Notes under the pieces: model-generated | Told to the model about the DNA's origin: nothing | Seen by the model: only the letters and a program-made list of their open reading frames with translations | Database searches by the model: none | Assembly (NCBI RefSeq): GCF_004010195.1 | Contig: NC_057754.1 | Span: 646,169-710,168 of the forward strand | DNA: 64,000 bases | Direction of reading: 5' to 3' | DNA from: Chiloscyllium plagiosum | Lineage: Eukaryota | Translations under genes and position numbers: made by a program | In this document: piece by piece, positions 35,432 through 48,605 of the stretch | How positions within the stretch are numbered: the first letter of the stretch is position 1 | Layout: every line of letters starts with the position of its first letter

Positions 35432-35722
35432 CATTTCAAGGTGAAAGGTGGAAAGTTTAAGGGGGATACACGCAGCAAGTACTTCACACAGAGGGTGGTG
35501 GGCGTCTGGAACGCATTGCCAGCAGAGGTGGTAGAGGCAGGCACGGGAGATTCATTTAAGATGCGTCTGGACAGATGCATGAGTGGGTGGGGAGCAGAGG
35601 GATACAGATGCGTAGGAATTGACCGTTTAGACAGTAGATTTCGATCGGCTCAGGCTTGGAGGGCCGAAGGGCCTGTTCCTGGGTTGTAAATTTCTTTGTT
35701 CTTCTTTGTTCTTTGTTCTTTG
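35432..35722 (+). mobile_element. CR1 LINE short 3' end
   Basis: YFTQRVVGVWNALP; (ttctttg)n tail. Confidence 0.85.
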
Positions 35723-36239
35723 TACAGCATCAATCACCACCTCAGCAAACTTTTCAGGTAATCAAGGGTTTTTGGAGTGTAACAACTGCTGTAATGTAAA
35801 AACATGTCAGCCTATTTGCCAAAGCAAGATCTATAGATAGTGTAACCTGCTCTACTGCTTTTGGTTGAAGGATTAATTTGGTGCCAGGAAAAGGAAAAGT
35901 TGCCATAGTCTTACCAGACCATAGGCAGCTCTGATTAGAGAGGGAAAGAGATGACTGAATGTGATTTAACCTCAGGGTCACCATGCCTCGGATGAAGGGA
36001 GCGGTTGAGAAGGAGAGTTCTGCTTGGTAACTTCAGTCAGGCAGGAATTTAACCAATGCTATTGGCGTCATTGTACATTGAACACCAGCTATCCAGCCAA
36101 TTGATCTACCTGACCACAAGGAGCATCCCTTCTGCACTTCTTTCAATGGGATATGTGTGTGTGGTCATAGAACGGATTATGTCCAAACTAGAGAGCAGTT
36201 GTGTTTCAATTTGATCACTCATACAAAAAAAAACACATC

Positions 36240-37140
36240 CAGCAGTACAGTACTCCCTCCACACTAACCCTCCAACAAAGCAGCACACTCTTAGCACTAA
36301 CCCCACCCCGACAGTGTGGCAGTAACTCAGCACTGACCCTCCAACAGTGCAGTGCTCCCACAATGCTGACTCTCCGAAAGTGTAGCATTCTCTCAGTGCT
36401 GATCCTCTGATGGTACAGTGTTCCCTCAGCGCTGACCCTCCAACAGTGTGGCGCTCCCTCAACACTGACCCTCTGACAGTGCAGCAGTACCTCAGCACTG
36501 ACTCCCCAACAGTACAATGCTCCCTCAGCACTGACCCTTTAACAGTCTGGCACTCCTTCAACATTGATCCTCTGACAGTGTGGTGCTCCCTCAGTGCTGA
36601 CCCTCCGACAGTCTAGCGCTCCCTCAGCATTGACTCTTTGACAGTGTGGCACTCCCTGAGCACTGATCCTCAGACAGTGTGGAGTTCCCTCAGCACTGAC
36701 CCTCTGACAGGACGGCATTCCCTCAGCACTGACCCTCCGACAGTGTGCTGTTGCCTCAGCACTGACCCTCCTACAGCGTGGCGCTCCCTCAGTACTGACC
36801 ATCAGACAGTCTGGCGCACCCTCAGCACTGGCCCTCCATCAGTGCAGCGCTCCCTCAACACTGACCCTACGACAGTGTGGTGCTCCCTCAACGCTGACTC
36901 TCCGACTGTACAGCGCTCCCTCTGCACTGACCCTCCGACAGTGTGGTACTCCCTCTGCACTGACTCTCTGACAGTGGTGCACTCCCTCAGCACTGATCCT
37001 CAGACAGTGCGGCAGTACCTCAGCACTTGCACTGACATTATCAATCTGAATTATGCATTTGAATTCTCCAAAAGGGAGCTTGAATCCATGATTTTCTAAC
37101 TCAGAGGGCAAGACAGTGGCCAGTGAACCACAGCTGATTC
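36240..37140 (-). repeat. 33-bp satellite array (about 36240-37028) ending in a reverse-oriented tRNA-like SINE head
   Basis: Over 20 units followed by ...gcttgaatccatg...ctcagagggcaag...gtgaaccacagctga. Confidence 0.8.
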
Positions 37141-37369
37141 TGGTCTGGCAGTATCAGTAAAATACCGAAACCATCAACACCCTTACTTTGGACACTTTCA
37201 GATTGAGGTTGAATGGCTCAGGAAGTGAATCCCTCATCTTCCTGTGAATTTCTACCTCCATCTTTCAGACATTCTCTATTTCCTTCTGTAAACGAAAGTA
37301 AGCACAGTGTTTCACGGTTAGAAAATGGCCAGTTCTTTGCAGACTATCTTATGATAAGCTGGTAATCAA

Positions 37370-37830
37370 TAAGAACATGAGAGATGGAGTTGGCAATTCA
37401 GCCCCTCAAGCCGGTTCACCCCTTAATTTGATCCAGACTGATCTCATCTTGGCCTTGACTCCAGATTCTTGTCCGCTCTCCATAACCTTCAACCCATTAC
37501 TAAATAAAAATGTCTACATCCTCCTTAAATTTACTCAAATCCCCAGCATCCACCATACTCTATGGTTGTGAATTCCATAGATTCGTGACCTTTGAGAGAA
37601 ATAATTTCTCCTCATCTCAGTTCTAAGTCTGCTATCCTTATCCTAAAACCATGATCTCTTGTTTTAGATTGCTCCACAGGAAGAAACATCCTCTCTCCGA
37701 CTACTTTATCAGTCTCCTTCAGCACGTTATACAACTCAATTAGATCTCTTCTCCGAATAGAGAGTGTCGGCCTAAACAGCTCAATCTCCCTTCACAAGAA
37801 AAATGCCTCATCGCTAGAATCAATCTGGTG
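37370..37830 (-). mobile_element. CR1 LINE 3' fragment
   Basis: aagaacatgagagatggag...cagcccctcaagcc tail in reverse. Confidence 0.65.
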
Positions 37831-38399
37831 GAGCTAAATCACAGTGATTAACAATCAGTCTCCAACTGGACCATAGGGATTCATGGCGCAGTGGTAGTAT
37901 TGCTCTCTCTGGACCAGAAAGCCTGCATTCAAATTACACCTGCTCCAGAGATGATTCTGGAGCAGGTGAAATTAACAGGTTGTTTTAAAAATACCACAAC
38001 AATCCCAGAAAACTGCTGGTTTTGGAGGAATATTGGAGGACCTGTTCCACTTGTGCATCACCACGACATGCAGTACAGTGGGTAGCATCCTCACCATTCA
38101 GATTGATTCTCATTCCCAGGACCAGCCCACCTATGTCCTTCCTACTGTCCCCAGACACACCACACAAAATACACCAGGTGTCTGCAGTTGCTGCCATATT
38201 GGTCCGAAGCTATTGTTTTCTGAAAAAGAAGTTCTTTCACTTTTCATTTGAATAAACCAGTACTAATTGCTGTCATTGTCTTCAGGAGTTTGAAGTGTGC
38301 ACAATAATATTGTTGGAATGTTCATTTTCGACCTTCAGCACACTTTTATATGCCAATGTTTCTACCTCTCTGTAGTTCAGTCTATCGTCATAGTACATG

Positions 38400-38597
38400 A
38401 TGTGGAGGTGCTGCTGCTGGACCCAGGTGGACAAAGCTAAAAATCACACAACACCAGGTTATAGTCCAACAGGTTTATTTGGAAGTACAAGCTTTCGGAG
38501 CACTGCTCTAGCTACCTGACGAAGGAGCAGCGCTCTGAGAGCTTGTACTTCCAAATAAACCTGTTGGACTATAACCTGGTGTTGTGTGATTTTTAAC
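38400..38597. mobile_element. Palindromic element, second family (about 54-bp near-perfect arms) with a hammerhead-like core
   Basis: aaaatcacacaacaccaggttatagtccaacaggtttatttggaagtacaagct and its reverse complement; centre ctgacgaaggagcagcgctc. Confidence 0.7.
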
Positions 38598-39279
38598 GTC
38601 ATAATACATAGCATTGTTAGCATAGCCACAGGCAGTTTGGTTCAACAGGTTCCTGCCACTCCTCTTCCCACTGCTCTCTTCATCGTTCTTCATCACCCTA
38701 TCCTTCTTTTCCTTTCTCTGTCATGTGTTTACACAGCTTTGCCCTGAAACGCATTAACATGATTCCCCTTGATCCTTCCCTGTGGGAGTGAGTTCCGCAT
38801 TTTGCTCACTCTCTGAAGATGTTTCTCCTGAATTTCACAATGGATTAGTTGGTGACTGTTTAATATTGATAGCATCCTAGTTCTGGTCTCCCTATTGTGA
38901 GGGGAATATTCACTTTACTGCGATTCTTCCATATAGTTAAAGAGCCACGTTGGGTCACCCTTCAGCTTTCTGTTTTCTATTCGAAAGTACCGCTGCCTGT
39001 TCAGTCATTTCTGATAGGTGGAACCTTGCAGTTTCATCCTTGTCAATCTCTTTAAAAGATCCTCCAAAGCCTTTTATATAATGAGGAGACTAGAAGTACT
39101 CACAATGCTCCAAGTCAGGTCTCAAAGAAGCTGCATATACTGGATTGTCTAGTTCCATATAGGTTTAATGTAACTTACTGCTTTATACATCTGTAGAGTG
39201 TACTCTGATTCTCACTCTCAGAGTGCAGGAATTCTAACATGATGGCTCCTACTGTTTATGGGGCTTTGAGGCTGAAATC

Positions 39280-39537
39280 CAACATAACAAGGGGACATAA
39301 ATTTAAGGTGAAGGGTGGAAGGTATAGGGGGGATGTCAGGGATAGGTTCTTTACCCAGAGAGTGGTGGGGGCATGGAATGCGCTGCCTGTGGGAGTGGCA
39401 GAGTCAGAATCATTGGTGACCTTTAAGTGGCAATTGGATAGGTACATGGATAGGTGCTTAAGCTAGGACAAATGTTCGGCACAACATCGTGGGCCGAAGG
39501 GCCTGTTCTGTGCTGTATTGTTCTATGTTCTATGTTG
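39280..39537 (+). mobile_element. CR1 LINE short 3' end
   Basis: TRGHKFKVKGG...FFTQRVVGAWNALP; (ttctatg)n tail. Confidence 0.85.
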
Positions 39538-40789
39538 CATAACCTGAAAGCCTCCTTCCCAGTGCTGAAGCTGTGGATGCGGTTTCAAATGATAGGAAAA
39601 TAACAGCAGAAAGTGCTGGAGAAACTCATCAGGTCTGTCGGAAGAAAAATACCGGAAATGTTTCAAGTCCAATGGAAGAGATAGGAACATGAAGGTTCAA
39701 TTCCATCACTGCCTGGCAGCCTAGGCCACTAATACCTAGCGAAGAAATCAATGGGGATGAAGACCTGGTGGCCAGTGGAGGTAAAGAAAGGGCAAAGGTT
39801 TAAGCAGACTTTAAGAACAAAATGTGACTTGACTAGCCTGACATATTGCAGGCGTTGACCTTTAGCTGTTAATGATTGAAGCTGCCTTCACGGCTACCTA
39901 AGAAACGTTCTGGCATGTGCTAGATAGACTGACCACTGCAGCAGCTAACTATATGTGGGGTAGTTTCCAATAAAGAGTCTTTGGGATTTAAATGGGGTGT
40001 GTTGCTAAGACCACCTTAATGCATGTTCAGTTTTAAAATTGCCACCATATTTCACATCACATATCTTAGAGAATGGCTGAAAATTGATCACAGTTTTTTT
40101 ATGATTTAAGGACTAACTTACCAGAGATCGAAGTTGTTCTATACTACTGCTGTTAAGGTCTCCCTCCATGTCTAGGCTGTATGAAGTTGGAAATAGTTTG
40201 CACTGGATTTTTGTAGATTGGACTGAGACTCCCCCATCTCATGGTTTCGGTCTTTGTTTTATTTTTCCTCTCAGGACTTTCTTAATTTATGTCTTTTGTT
40301 CCTCTCTTTCTGCTGCTTAAGTTTGCTAATCTTATTGGGTGACTAACCTCTCTTGAAGCTACATTGTGAGGCTGAATGAGACTGCAACTTCCTTCCTCCT
40401 GTGACCGCAGTACTTATGCTATCTTGAAAAGTCAGATCTGCTCGCGTCCTCGTCTTGTTTTTCTGTTGACTCCTATGGGTGCGTTGACACTTCTGTAATT
40501 CTAACTGCTTCTGGGCAGCTGTATATGTTAACTCTTGTCAGGTACGTCTTGGCAGGTCAAAGAGCTTCAAGGCCAACTACACTTCCAGGCCCCTGTGGCT
40601 GCTTTTGAAGTGTCTTTGATGTCTCGAGGCCATTCTAGACCAACACGGATGTATTTCTCATTCATAGTATGGACTGTCTAATCACTAATGCAGCAGTGTG
40701 CAGGTACTTAACAACACCACACTGCCCACTGACAGAACATCGGGTGTGTAGAGAAGTGCAGTACCTGTATTTACTGGGTGCATAAGGAG

Positions 40790-40960
40790 AGCGAGTGTGC
40801 AGTGTATGTACTGGTTGTGTGTATAATGTGCATTGGGTGCGCATACAATGTGTACTGACTGTATACAGAATGTGTACTGGGCATGTGTGGAATGTGTACT
40901 GGGCATGTATGGAATGTGTACTGAGCATGTAAAAGTGTGGACTGTGTGCAGGAGTGTGAA
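40790..40960 (+). repeat. ~20-bp TG-rich minisatellite (tgtgtactgggcatgtgtggaa)
   Basis: Direct inspection. Confidence 0.6.
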
Positions 40961-41652
40961 AGATCCAAGTGTGTATTTGATTATGTGCTGTCTGTGAATA
41001 TCACTGATGGTCAGTGTTCAGTAAAGTGAGAGATTCCTGTGTGTACTCTGGGTATGAGTGACTACAGTTCATGTAGGTGTTGATGCCCCACATGAACCCC
41101 CCCACCATGTCCTCTTCAATGAGCTGCTCAACGTATTCTTCTAAAATAAAATGTCCTGGAAATACTCAGCAGTTCAGGCAGTCTCTTTGGAGAGAAGCAG
41201 AATTAATGTTTCATTTTGAAATAATGTTTCCATCAGCATCAGTCCGATAATAGATTTAGTATAAGCTGAAGTGTAAACTCCGTTTCTTTCACATAGGCTA
41301 CCTGCCAGCTGAGTTTTTCCAGGATTGTGTTTGTTTTCATTTCAGATTTCCAGCATTCACAGCATTTGACTTTAACACAGCATTCACTCTTGAATTCCCT
41401 GTTGGATTTAGTTGTGACTAACTTACATTAATGTTCCTCAGTTATGGTCCAGCCACCATGCATCTCTACATTTATTCCATCAAATGTTTTCATCATTACA
41501 AAGACTAGTCAAAGTTCTGTTGTTATTTCATACAACAGTGCAAATTTTTGATCCCTTTCCATAGATCTGTAAATCAGTCCTCTTAAGTGTATTTATTCAA
41601 AAAGTGAGGGAAACTGGAAACTACAGGCTAATTAAATCTTCTAATGGGGAAA

Positions 41653-42068
41653 TGTTGCAGAGAGTTGTGAACGCAGCCCAGTCCATCACTCAAACCAGTC
41701 TTCTATCCATTGACTCCATCTCCACTTCCTACTGCCTTGGGAAAGCAGCCAACATAACCAAAGACTCCTCCCATCCCCGTTATACTTTCTTCCACCCTCT
41801 TCATCATGCAGAAGATACAAAAGTTTGAAAACACATATTAACAGATTCAAGAACAGCTTCTTACCCACTGTTATCAGACTTCTGAATGAACCTCTCATAT
41901 ATTAGAGTGGATGTATCTCTGCACCTTCTCTGTAGCTGTAATACTATATTTTGCATTCTGTTCTACTACCCTGATGTACTTATGTAAGATATGATTTGTC
42001 TGGTTAGCATGCAAAACAATACTTTTTACTATATCTCGCTACATGTGACAGTAATAAATCAAATCAAA
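41653..42068 (+). mobile_element. Rex1/Babar-clade LINE 3' end
   Basis: LQRVVNAAQSIT...KAANI.KDSSHP...RFKNSF.P.VIRLLN; aataaatcaaatcaaat tail. Confidence 0.75.
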
Positions 42069-44059
42069 TGTTAGAAGTTATTATTAATACCATTACAGCA
42101 GCACACTTAAAAAACTTAAAGGCAATAGGGCAGAGTCCACGTGGTTTAGTGAAAGGGAAATCACCTTGAAACAATTTTTTGGAATTCTTTAAAGGAGTAA
42201 CATGTGCTGTGGATATACTGCACTCTCATTTCCAGAAGGCCTTTATCAAGATGCCACATCAAAGATGACTAGGGAAACTAGAAGCTCATGCTTTTGGGGT
42301 AATGTATAATATGGTAGAAGACTCACTAGCTAACAAAGAAAAGGGGATAGGAACAAATGGTTCACTTTACAAGATGTAACAAGTGGCATATCACAGGATC
42401 TTTGATGGATCCCCAACATTTTGCAATTTATATAAAGTATTTTGATGGTTCTGACTGAGGAGCTTTGGTGATCAGTTGGAGTACATCTTACACATGGCTT
42501 ACACATGCAGCTGATAGCCCCGTCCATGACCTTTGCACACGATTGAGAGCAGAGTAATAGCGTGGAAATTGGCCGGTTGGATTTATCCTGCTACCTGTGT
42601 TCAGGACTTCCTGGCTTTGTCAGCTTGATGCCAATGTTGTAAATGTGGTAGAACAGCTTGGCCAGCGTACCACTGGAAGTATTGCCGGAATATTGTCAGG
42701 GCTCATAGCATTTGCAATATGCAGTGCCTTCAGCTCTTTCTTGATATCATTTGGAGCAAATCATATTGACTGAAAACTAGCATTTGTGATGCTGTGGACA
42801 TTTGGAGGGGATGATTTCTGGCTGAGTATAGTTGTGAATGCTTTAGTCCAGTCTTTTGCACTGCCCTAATGTGCTGGCCTCCCCATCATTATGGAAGGGG
42901 GTATTGAAAATCTCCTTCTCTGAGATATTTAATTGTCTGTCACTATTCACGATTGGATGTAGCAGGACTGCAGCACTTAAATCTGATCTGTTTGTTGTAG
43001 GATGACTTAGATCTGTCACACTGCTTGACACACAACGGGTCCTGTGATCTCTGCAAGCTGAAGGTCAAGGGCAGACAATCTATGTGAACAGCACCAGTGG
43101 CAAGTTATACTCCAAGTCATGCACCATCTGACTTTACATGATATTGCTGTTCCTTCACAGACACCGGTCAAACCCTCCCTAAGACCAGTATAGTTCAACC
43201 TACAGCATTTCAGAACGACAGCTCATCACCACCTTCTCCAGGGCAATTAGGGATGGACGATAAATGCTAGTCTTGTCAATGACACCTACATTCCGTGAAC
43301 AAATAAAAGAGAAAAATGATCTGGCAAATGAAGTGAAAGGTGGCAAAATGTGACGTTTTGATAGGAAGAATAAAAAAGAATGGTGAGAGATTGCAAAGTT
43401 CTGAGATGCTGAGGGACCGTGGTGCCTTAATGCATGAGTGGCAAAAAGATTAGTTTGCAGCTCCAGCAAATAATTAGGAAAACTGAAGTAATGGTACCAT
43501 TTATCATGAGGGCCATTGTACAGTACTGGCCTCCTTATTCAAAGAAGGAGGTAAATACAGTGGAAGGCTGGGCAGGCTAGGCTTGTGTCTGATAAAGTTT
43601 AGAAAATGAATATGTGACTTAATTGACCAGTATAAGATCCTGAGGGGATTCTCCTAGAAAAGAGATAGGAAATTTGGGACAGTCTTCTTTGAGAAGTTAA
43701 GTGGGGTAGATAGATGTGGGTCAGCCATGATAAACTGAATGGTTCAACAGTGTGGAGAACTGAGCGAATACAAGTATCCTGAAGATTTCTTGCTTCATTG
43801 GCCATTATCTGTGCCGGCTAAGGACAGTTGTCTTTGAATTCTTATCAAATAATTATCAATTCAAGCATTCTTTCCATATTCTTTCATGGAATGTTGCTGG
43901 CAAGACCAGTGTTTATTGCCCATTCATAACCACCCTTGAACTGAGTGGCTTGCATGGTCACGTGAAAGGGCAGTTAAGGATTAACAGCATTGTTGTGAGC
44001 TTGAAGTCCTTTGTTGGCCAGGCTGTGTATGGCTAGCAGAATTCTTGTTAGGGAAAGAC

Positions 44060-44482
44060 TCTTATCCCAGAGTGTCAGAATGGGCCGGAGGAGAGGGAAT
44101 CTCATCCCAGAGTGTCAGAATGGGAGAGTGGAGAGGGAATCTTATCCCAGAGTGTCACAATGGGCTGGAGAGAGGGAATCTTATCCCAGAGTGTCAGAAT
44201 GGGCTGGAGGAGAGGGAATCTCATCCCAGAGTGTCAGAATGGGCCGGAGGAGAGGGAATCTCATCCCAGAGTGTCAGAATGGGAGAGTGGAGAAGGAATC
44301 TTATCCCATTGTCTCAGAAAGGGAAAGTAGACAGGGAATCTTATCCCAGAGTGTCAGAATGGGAGAGTGGAGAGGGAATCGTATTCCGGAGTGTCAGAAT
44401 GGGAGAGTAGAGAGGGAATCGAATTCCGGAGTGTCAGAATGGGAGAGTGGAGAGGGAATCATATCTCAGAGTGTGAGAATGG
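44060..44482 (+). repeat. 39-40 bp minisatellite (agtgtcagaatgggagagtggagagggaatcttatcccag), about 10 units
   Basis: Direct inspection. Confidence 0.92.
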
Positions 44483-45254
44483 GTTATTGGCTGGTTATAG
44501 GGTTAGCTACAATGTAATGCTACACTCTCGCCATCAGTCGTAAGTATTCATTGAACTAAATATAAGATCTGAGTGGGACAAGCACTGTCTGAAGAGAGGT
44601 TTCCTGACTTCCCTGCCATTTGCCTTGTTGGCCTCTGGATATTTGCTCATGGCCTGTCACTCCCAAATGGCAGTGCACTGTGTAAGGGGTGAGACGACAT
44701 TGATAAAAATAGAGACACAGAGCATGGGGGTTGTGTAACACGCAGAATAAAACTGCAGTGGTCACAGTTCCTGATGAAAACCCTTGTTACATGTATCAGA
44801 AACCACTAGAAAGCAACGGGGGGAGGGGACAGGAAGCAGTGCTCAGTGAAGCCCACTCAAGGCAATTACTGATAAGATCTCACTGTAATTCTGACATATG
44901 CGTTTTGGTTTCTGTTAACCCATTTATGGGCTGCTGAAGAATAGATGCACCAATTTATAAAGCATTTTCCCTCATAAGGGTGAGGGATTAAACCATTATC
45001 CATCCGTATTTCCAAAGACTATTAGGGATGGACAATAAATGCTAGCCTTGTCAGTGACACCTACATTCTGTGAATGACTAAAAGAGAAAAATGATCTGGC
45101 AAATGAAGTGAAATATACCAAAATGTGACATTTTGATAGGAAGAATAAAAAAGAATGGTGAGAAATTGCAGAGCTCTGAGATGCTGAGGGTCCGAGGTAT
45201 CTTAATACATGAATGGCAAAAAGTTAATTTGTAGCTGTGGCAAATACTTTAAAA

Positions 45255-46360
45255 CAGGGTCAGCACGGGATTACATATAGAGTAAATCTTCCTCTACAGT
45301 GTCTCCATTAAACACTCCCAGGAGAGGGACAGCACGGGGTAGATACAGAGTAAAGCACTCCAATACAATCCCCATGAAACACTCCCAGAACAGCACGGGA
45401 TTAGATATAGAGTAAATCTTCGTCTACAGTGTCCCCATCAAACACTCCCAGAACAGGAACAGTACAGGGTTAGGTACAGAGTAAAGCTCCATCTACACTG
45501 TCCACCCATCAAACATGCCCAGGACAGGGACAGCACGGGGTTAGATACAGAGTAAAGCTCCATCTACACTGTCCACCCATCAAACATGCCCAGGACAGGG
45601 GGACAGCACGGGGTTAGATACAGAGTAAAGCTCCATCTACACTGTCCACCCATCAAACATGCCCAGGACAGGCACAGCACGGGGTTAGATACAGAGTAAA
45701 GCTCCATCTACACTGTCCCCCCATCAAACATGCCCAGGACAGGGACAGCATGGGGTTAGATACAGAGTAAAGCTCCATCTACACTGTCCACCCATCAAAC
45801 ATGCCCAGGACAGGGACAGCACGTGGTTAGATACAGAGTAAAGCTCCATCTACACTGTCCACCCATCAAACACTCCCAGGACAGGCACAGCACGGGGTTA
45901 GATACAGAGTAAAGCTCCCGCCAAACTGTACCCATCAAACACTCCCAGAACAGGAACAGTACAGGGTTAGATACAGAGTAAAACTGTCCCCATTGAATAG
46001 ACCAAACACAGATACAGCAAGACACTAGATGCAGAGTAAAGCCTCTCTATTCTTTTAAACTAAAAGTAAATTTCCTCCCACTGTCCCCTTCAAACATTGA
46101 GAGAGGTACAGCACATCGTAGTTGGAGGGTAAAGAACACTCTATACTTTTGAACAGAATGTAAGGTTCTCCCTACACTGTCTCCATCAAACACTCCCAGG
46201 ATAGGGATAGCATGGATTTAGATACAGAAGAAAGCTTCTTATATTCTTTTGAACAGAAAGTAAAGTCTTCTGTACACTTTTAAATGAAAGTAAAGCTCCT
46301 GTGATACTGTCCCCATCAAACACTGCCAAAGACATGGACAACATTTGGTTAGATATAAAG
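45255..46360 (+). repeat. ~71-bp tandem repeat (acagcacggggttagatacagagtaaagctccatctacactgtccacccatcaaacatgcccaggacaggg)
   Basis: Homogeneous core at about 45460-45980 with degenerate flanks. Confidence 0.92.
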
Positions 46361-46489
46361 AACTGGTTAGTAGAGCTAGGGTCAGGTACTGAGTGTGGAT
46401 TAAATTGAAGGTTCTTGTGAGGTGCCGGAGGGTTAGAGTTATACTGAGGTATCTTAGGGGTTTGTCTGAGTGAGTAATGGAGAATGAGG

Positions 46490-47210
46490 TAGTAGAGAGT
46501 GAGATATCGGAGAGTGAGATATTGGAGCGTGAGAGGTGTTGGAGAGTAGGAGAGTGGATGTGCGAGATGTTCGAATGTGAGAGAATGGATGTGAGAGATA
46601 TTGGAGAGTGAGAAAGTGGATGTAAGAGATATCGGAGAGTAAGATAGTAGAAAGTGAGAGATATCAGAGTGAAAGTGTGGATATGAGAGATATCGGAGAG
46701 TGAGAGAGTGGACGTGAGATATCAGAGAGTGAGGTAGTGGATAGTGCAGTTAAGAGGGTGAGGGAGTGGACGTGAGTTCCTGTAAGAGTTTGGATGAGGA
46801 TATGTTATTGGAAGTGAAGACATGGAGGGTGAGATATATTGGAGAGTCAGATAATGGAGGATGAGGCCCCATAGAGCTTTGGTTGACGGTGAGATATTGG
46901 CGGTAAAAACAATGACTGCAGATGCTGGAAACCAGATTCTGGATTAGTGGTGCTGGAAGAGCACAGCAGTTCAGGAGCTGCTCCTTGGATGCTGCCAGAA
47001 CTGCTGTGCTCTTCCAGCACCACTAATCCAGGTGAGATATTGGAGGATGGGATATAATGGAGAGTGAAGCCCCATAGGGGTTTGGATGATGGTGAGATAT
47101 TGGTGGGTAAGGTCATGGAGGGTGAGGTCCTTTGGGAGTTTGGATGACGGTGAGATATTAGAGAATGAGGTAATGGAGGGTGAGGCCCTTTGGGAGTTTG
47201 GATGATGCCC
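46490..47210 (+). repeat. GA-rich degenerate tandem repeat (gagagtgagatat), interrupted by a hairpin element at about 46903-47030
   Basis: Direct inspection. Confidence 0.7.
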
Positions 47211-47867
47211 TGGCTGCTGTCACATTGACCCCCACCCCTTTCCAGAAGCCCAGCCTGAGGCAACAGGCTGCAAGTGACATGAGGAAGATGAGAGCTGGGA
47301 CCGGCACTGGGATCATTGTCAGAGTAGAGAAGTTCTCGAACTCCCCAATCTCAGGGCTGTTTGTCTGTGTGGGACAAGTGCAGATTATTGAAATGTGAAA
47401 ACAAAGTGTTGTGTTTCAGTATGACATGGGTTCCATTCTGACTGGTAGGCTGTTGTTCAGCTCTGACTAACCCTGAGGCGAAGATAATGTCAGTAAATTC
47501 CACCCCTACAGTAACAAAACTCTCAATGCTTGAACCGAAGAATGACCCACATTGTATTTCAAGAAACTTTTAAACAATCAAATCTCTCTCATTGGTTTGT
47601 TTGTCTCTACATTCTATAGTTTATCTGTGCTTTCTTATTCTATACCTCTCCATTTCGCACTCATTCTTTTATTGTTATTCTTGTACTAATTGCTCAAAGT
47701 TAATTTTTCTGTTGTTGAATAACTCTTTCTGTCCGTGTGTAAATTTTCTCTGTCATTATTTTTGTATGTGTTGTTCTGTCTATAGTTCTCATTTTCAGTC
47801 CTTTCTTCTCAGCCTACAGTCAGCCTGCAATTCTTCCTTCTCGCTTGAGCCCAGTCACAGGTTGTGA

Positions 47868-48205
47868 GAACATAAGAACTAGGAGCAGGAGTAGACCATC
47901 TGGCCCATTGAGACTGCTCCACCATCAAATAAAGATCATGGCCTGATCTCTTCATGGATTTAGCTCCACTTACCCGCCCACTCATCATAATGCTTAATTC
48001 CTTTACTGTTCAACAATCTCTCTATCTTTACCTTAAAAACATTCAATGAGGTAGTCTCAACTGTTTCACAGGCAGGCAGTTTGACAGATTCACAACACAT
48101 TGGGTTAAGAAGTTTCTCCCCAACTCAGTCCTAAATCTGCTCCGCCTTATTTTAAGGTTATGCCCTGTAAGTGGGAACAACCTCCCTGCTTCTATCTTAT
48201 CTATT
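47868..48205 (-). mobile_element. CR1 LINE 3' end
   Basis: aacataagaactaggagcaggagtagaccatctggccc tail in reverse. Confidence 0.7.
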
Positions 48206-48254
48206 CTCTTGGTCTGAGTCTACAGCCCCATTACAAAGTTTAAATGCATAATCT

Positions 48255-48605
48255 TGGCTTCCACTCGAGATGCCAGCAGGCTGCTGTGTTGGAGGAGTCA
48301 GCTTTAAACTGGAACACTGTCCACCCTGTCCAGGGGTGTAAAACATCCTACAGCACTACAAAGGAGAGTTGGGAGCATTCCCCCCTGTGTCCTGGGGCCA
48401 ATATTAATCCTGCTGTCATCACCACTAAAATAGTTTACCAAGTTGTTACTCGTTGTTGTTTGTGGAAGCTTGCTGTGCACAAGTTAGTTGCCATGGTTTT
48501 GCATCACATAAGTGAGTACATTTCAAAACAAGTCCTTAATTGGTCATGAACTGCTTTGGGAGATCCTGTGGTGATGACAGGTGCCTTAGAAATGCGATCT
48601 CTCTC
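48255..48605 (+). mobile_element. Deu-domain SINE without satellite expansion
   Basis: gtgtcctggggccaatatt, ttgtttgtggaagcttgctgtgcacaagtt and gctttgggagatcctgtgg blocks. Confidence 0.65.
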
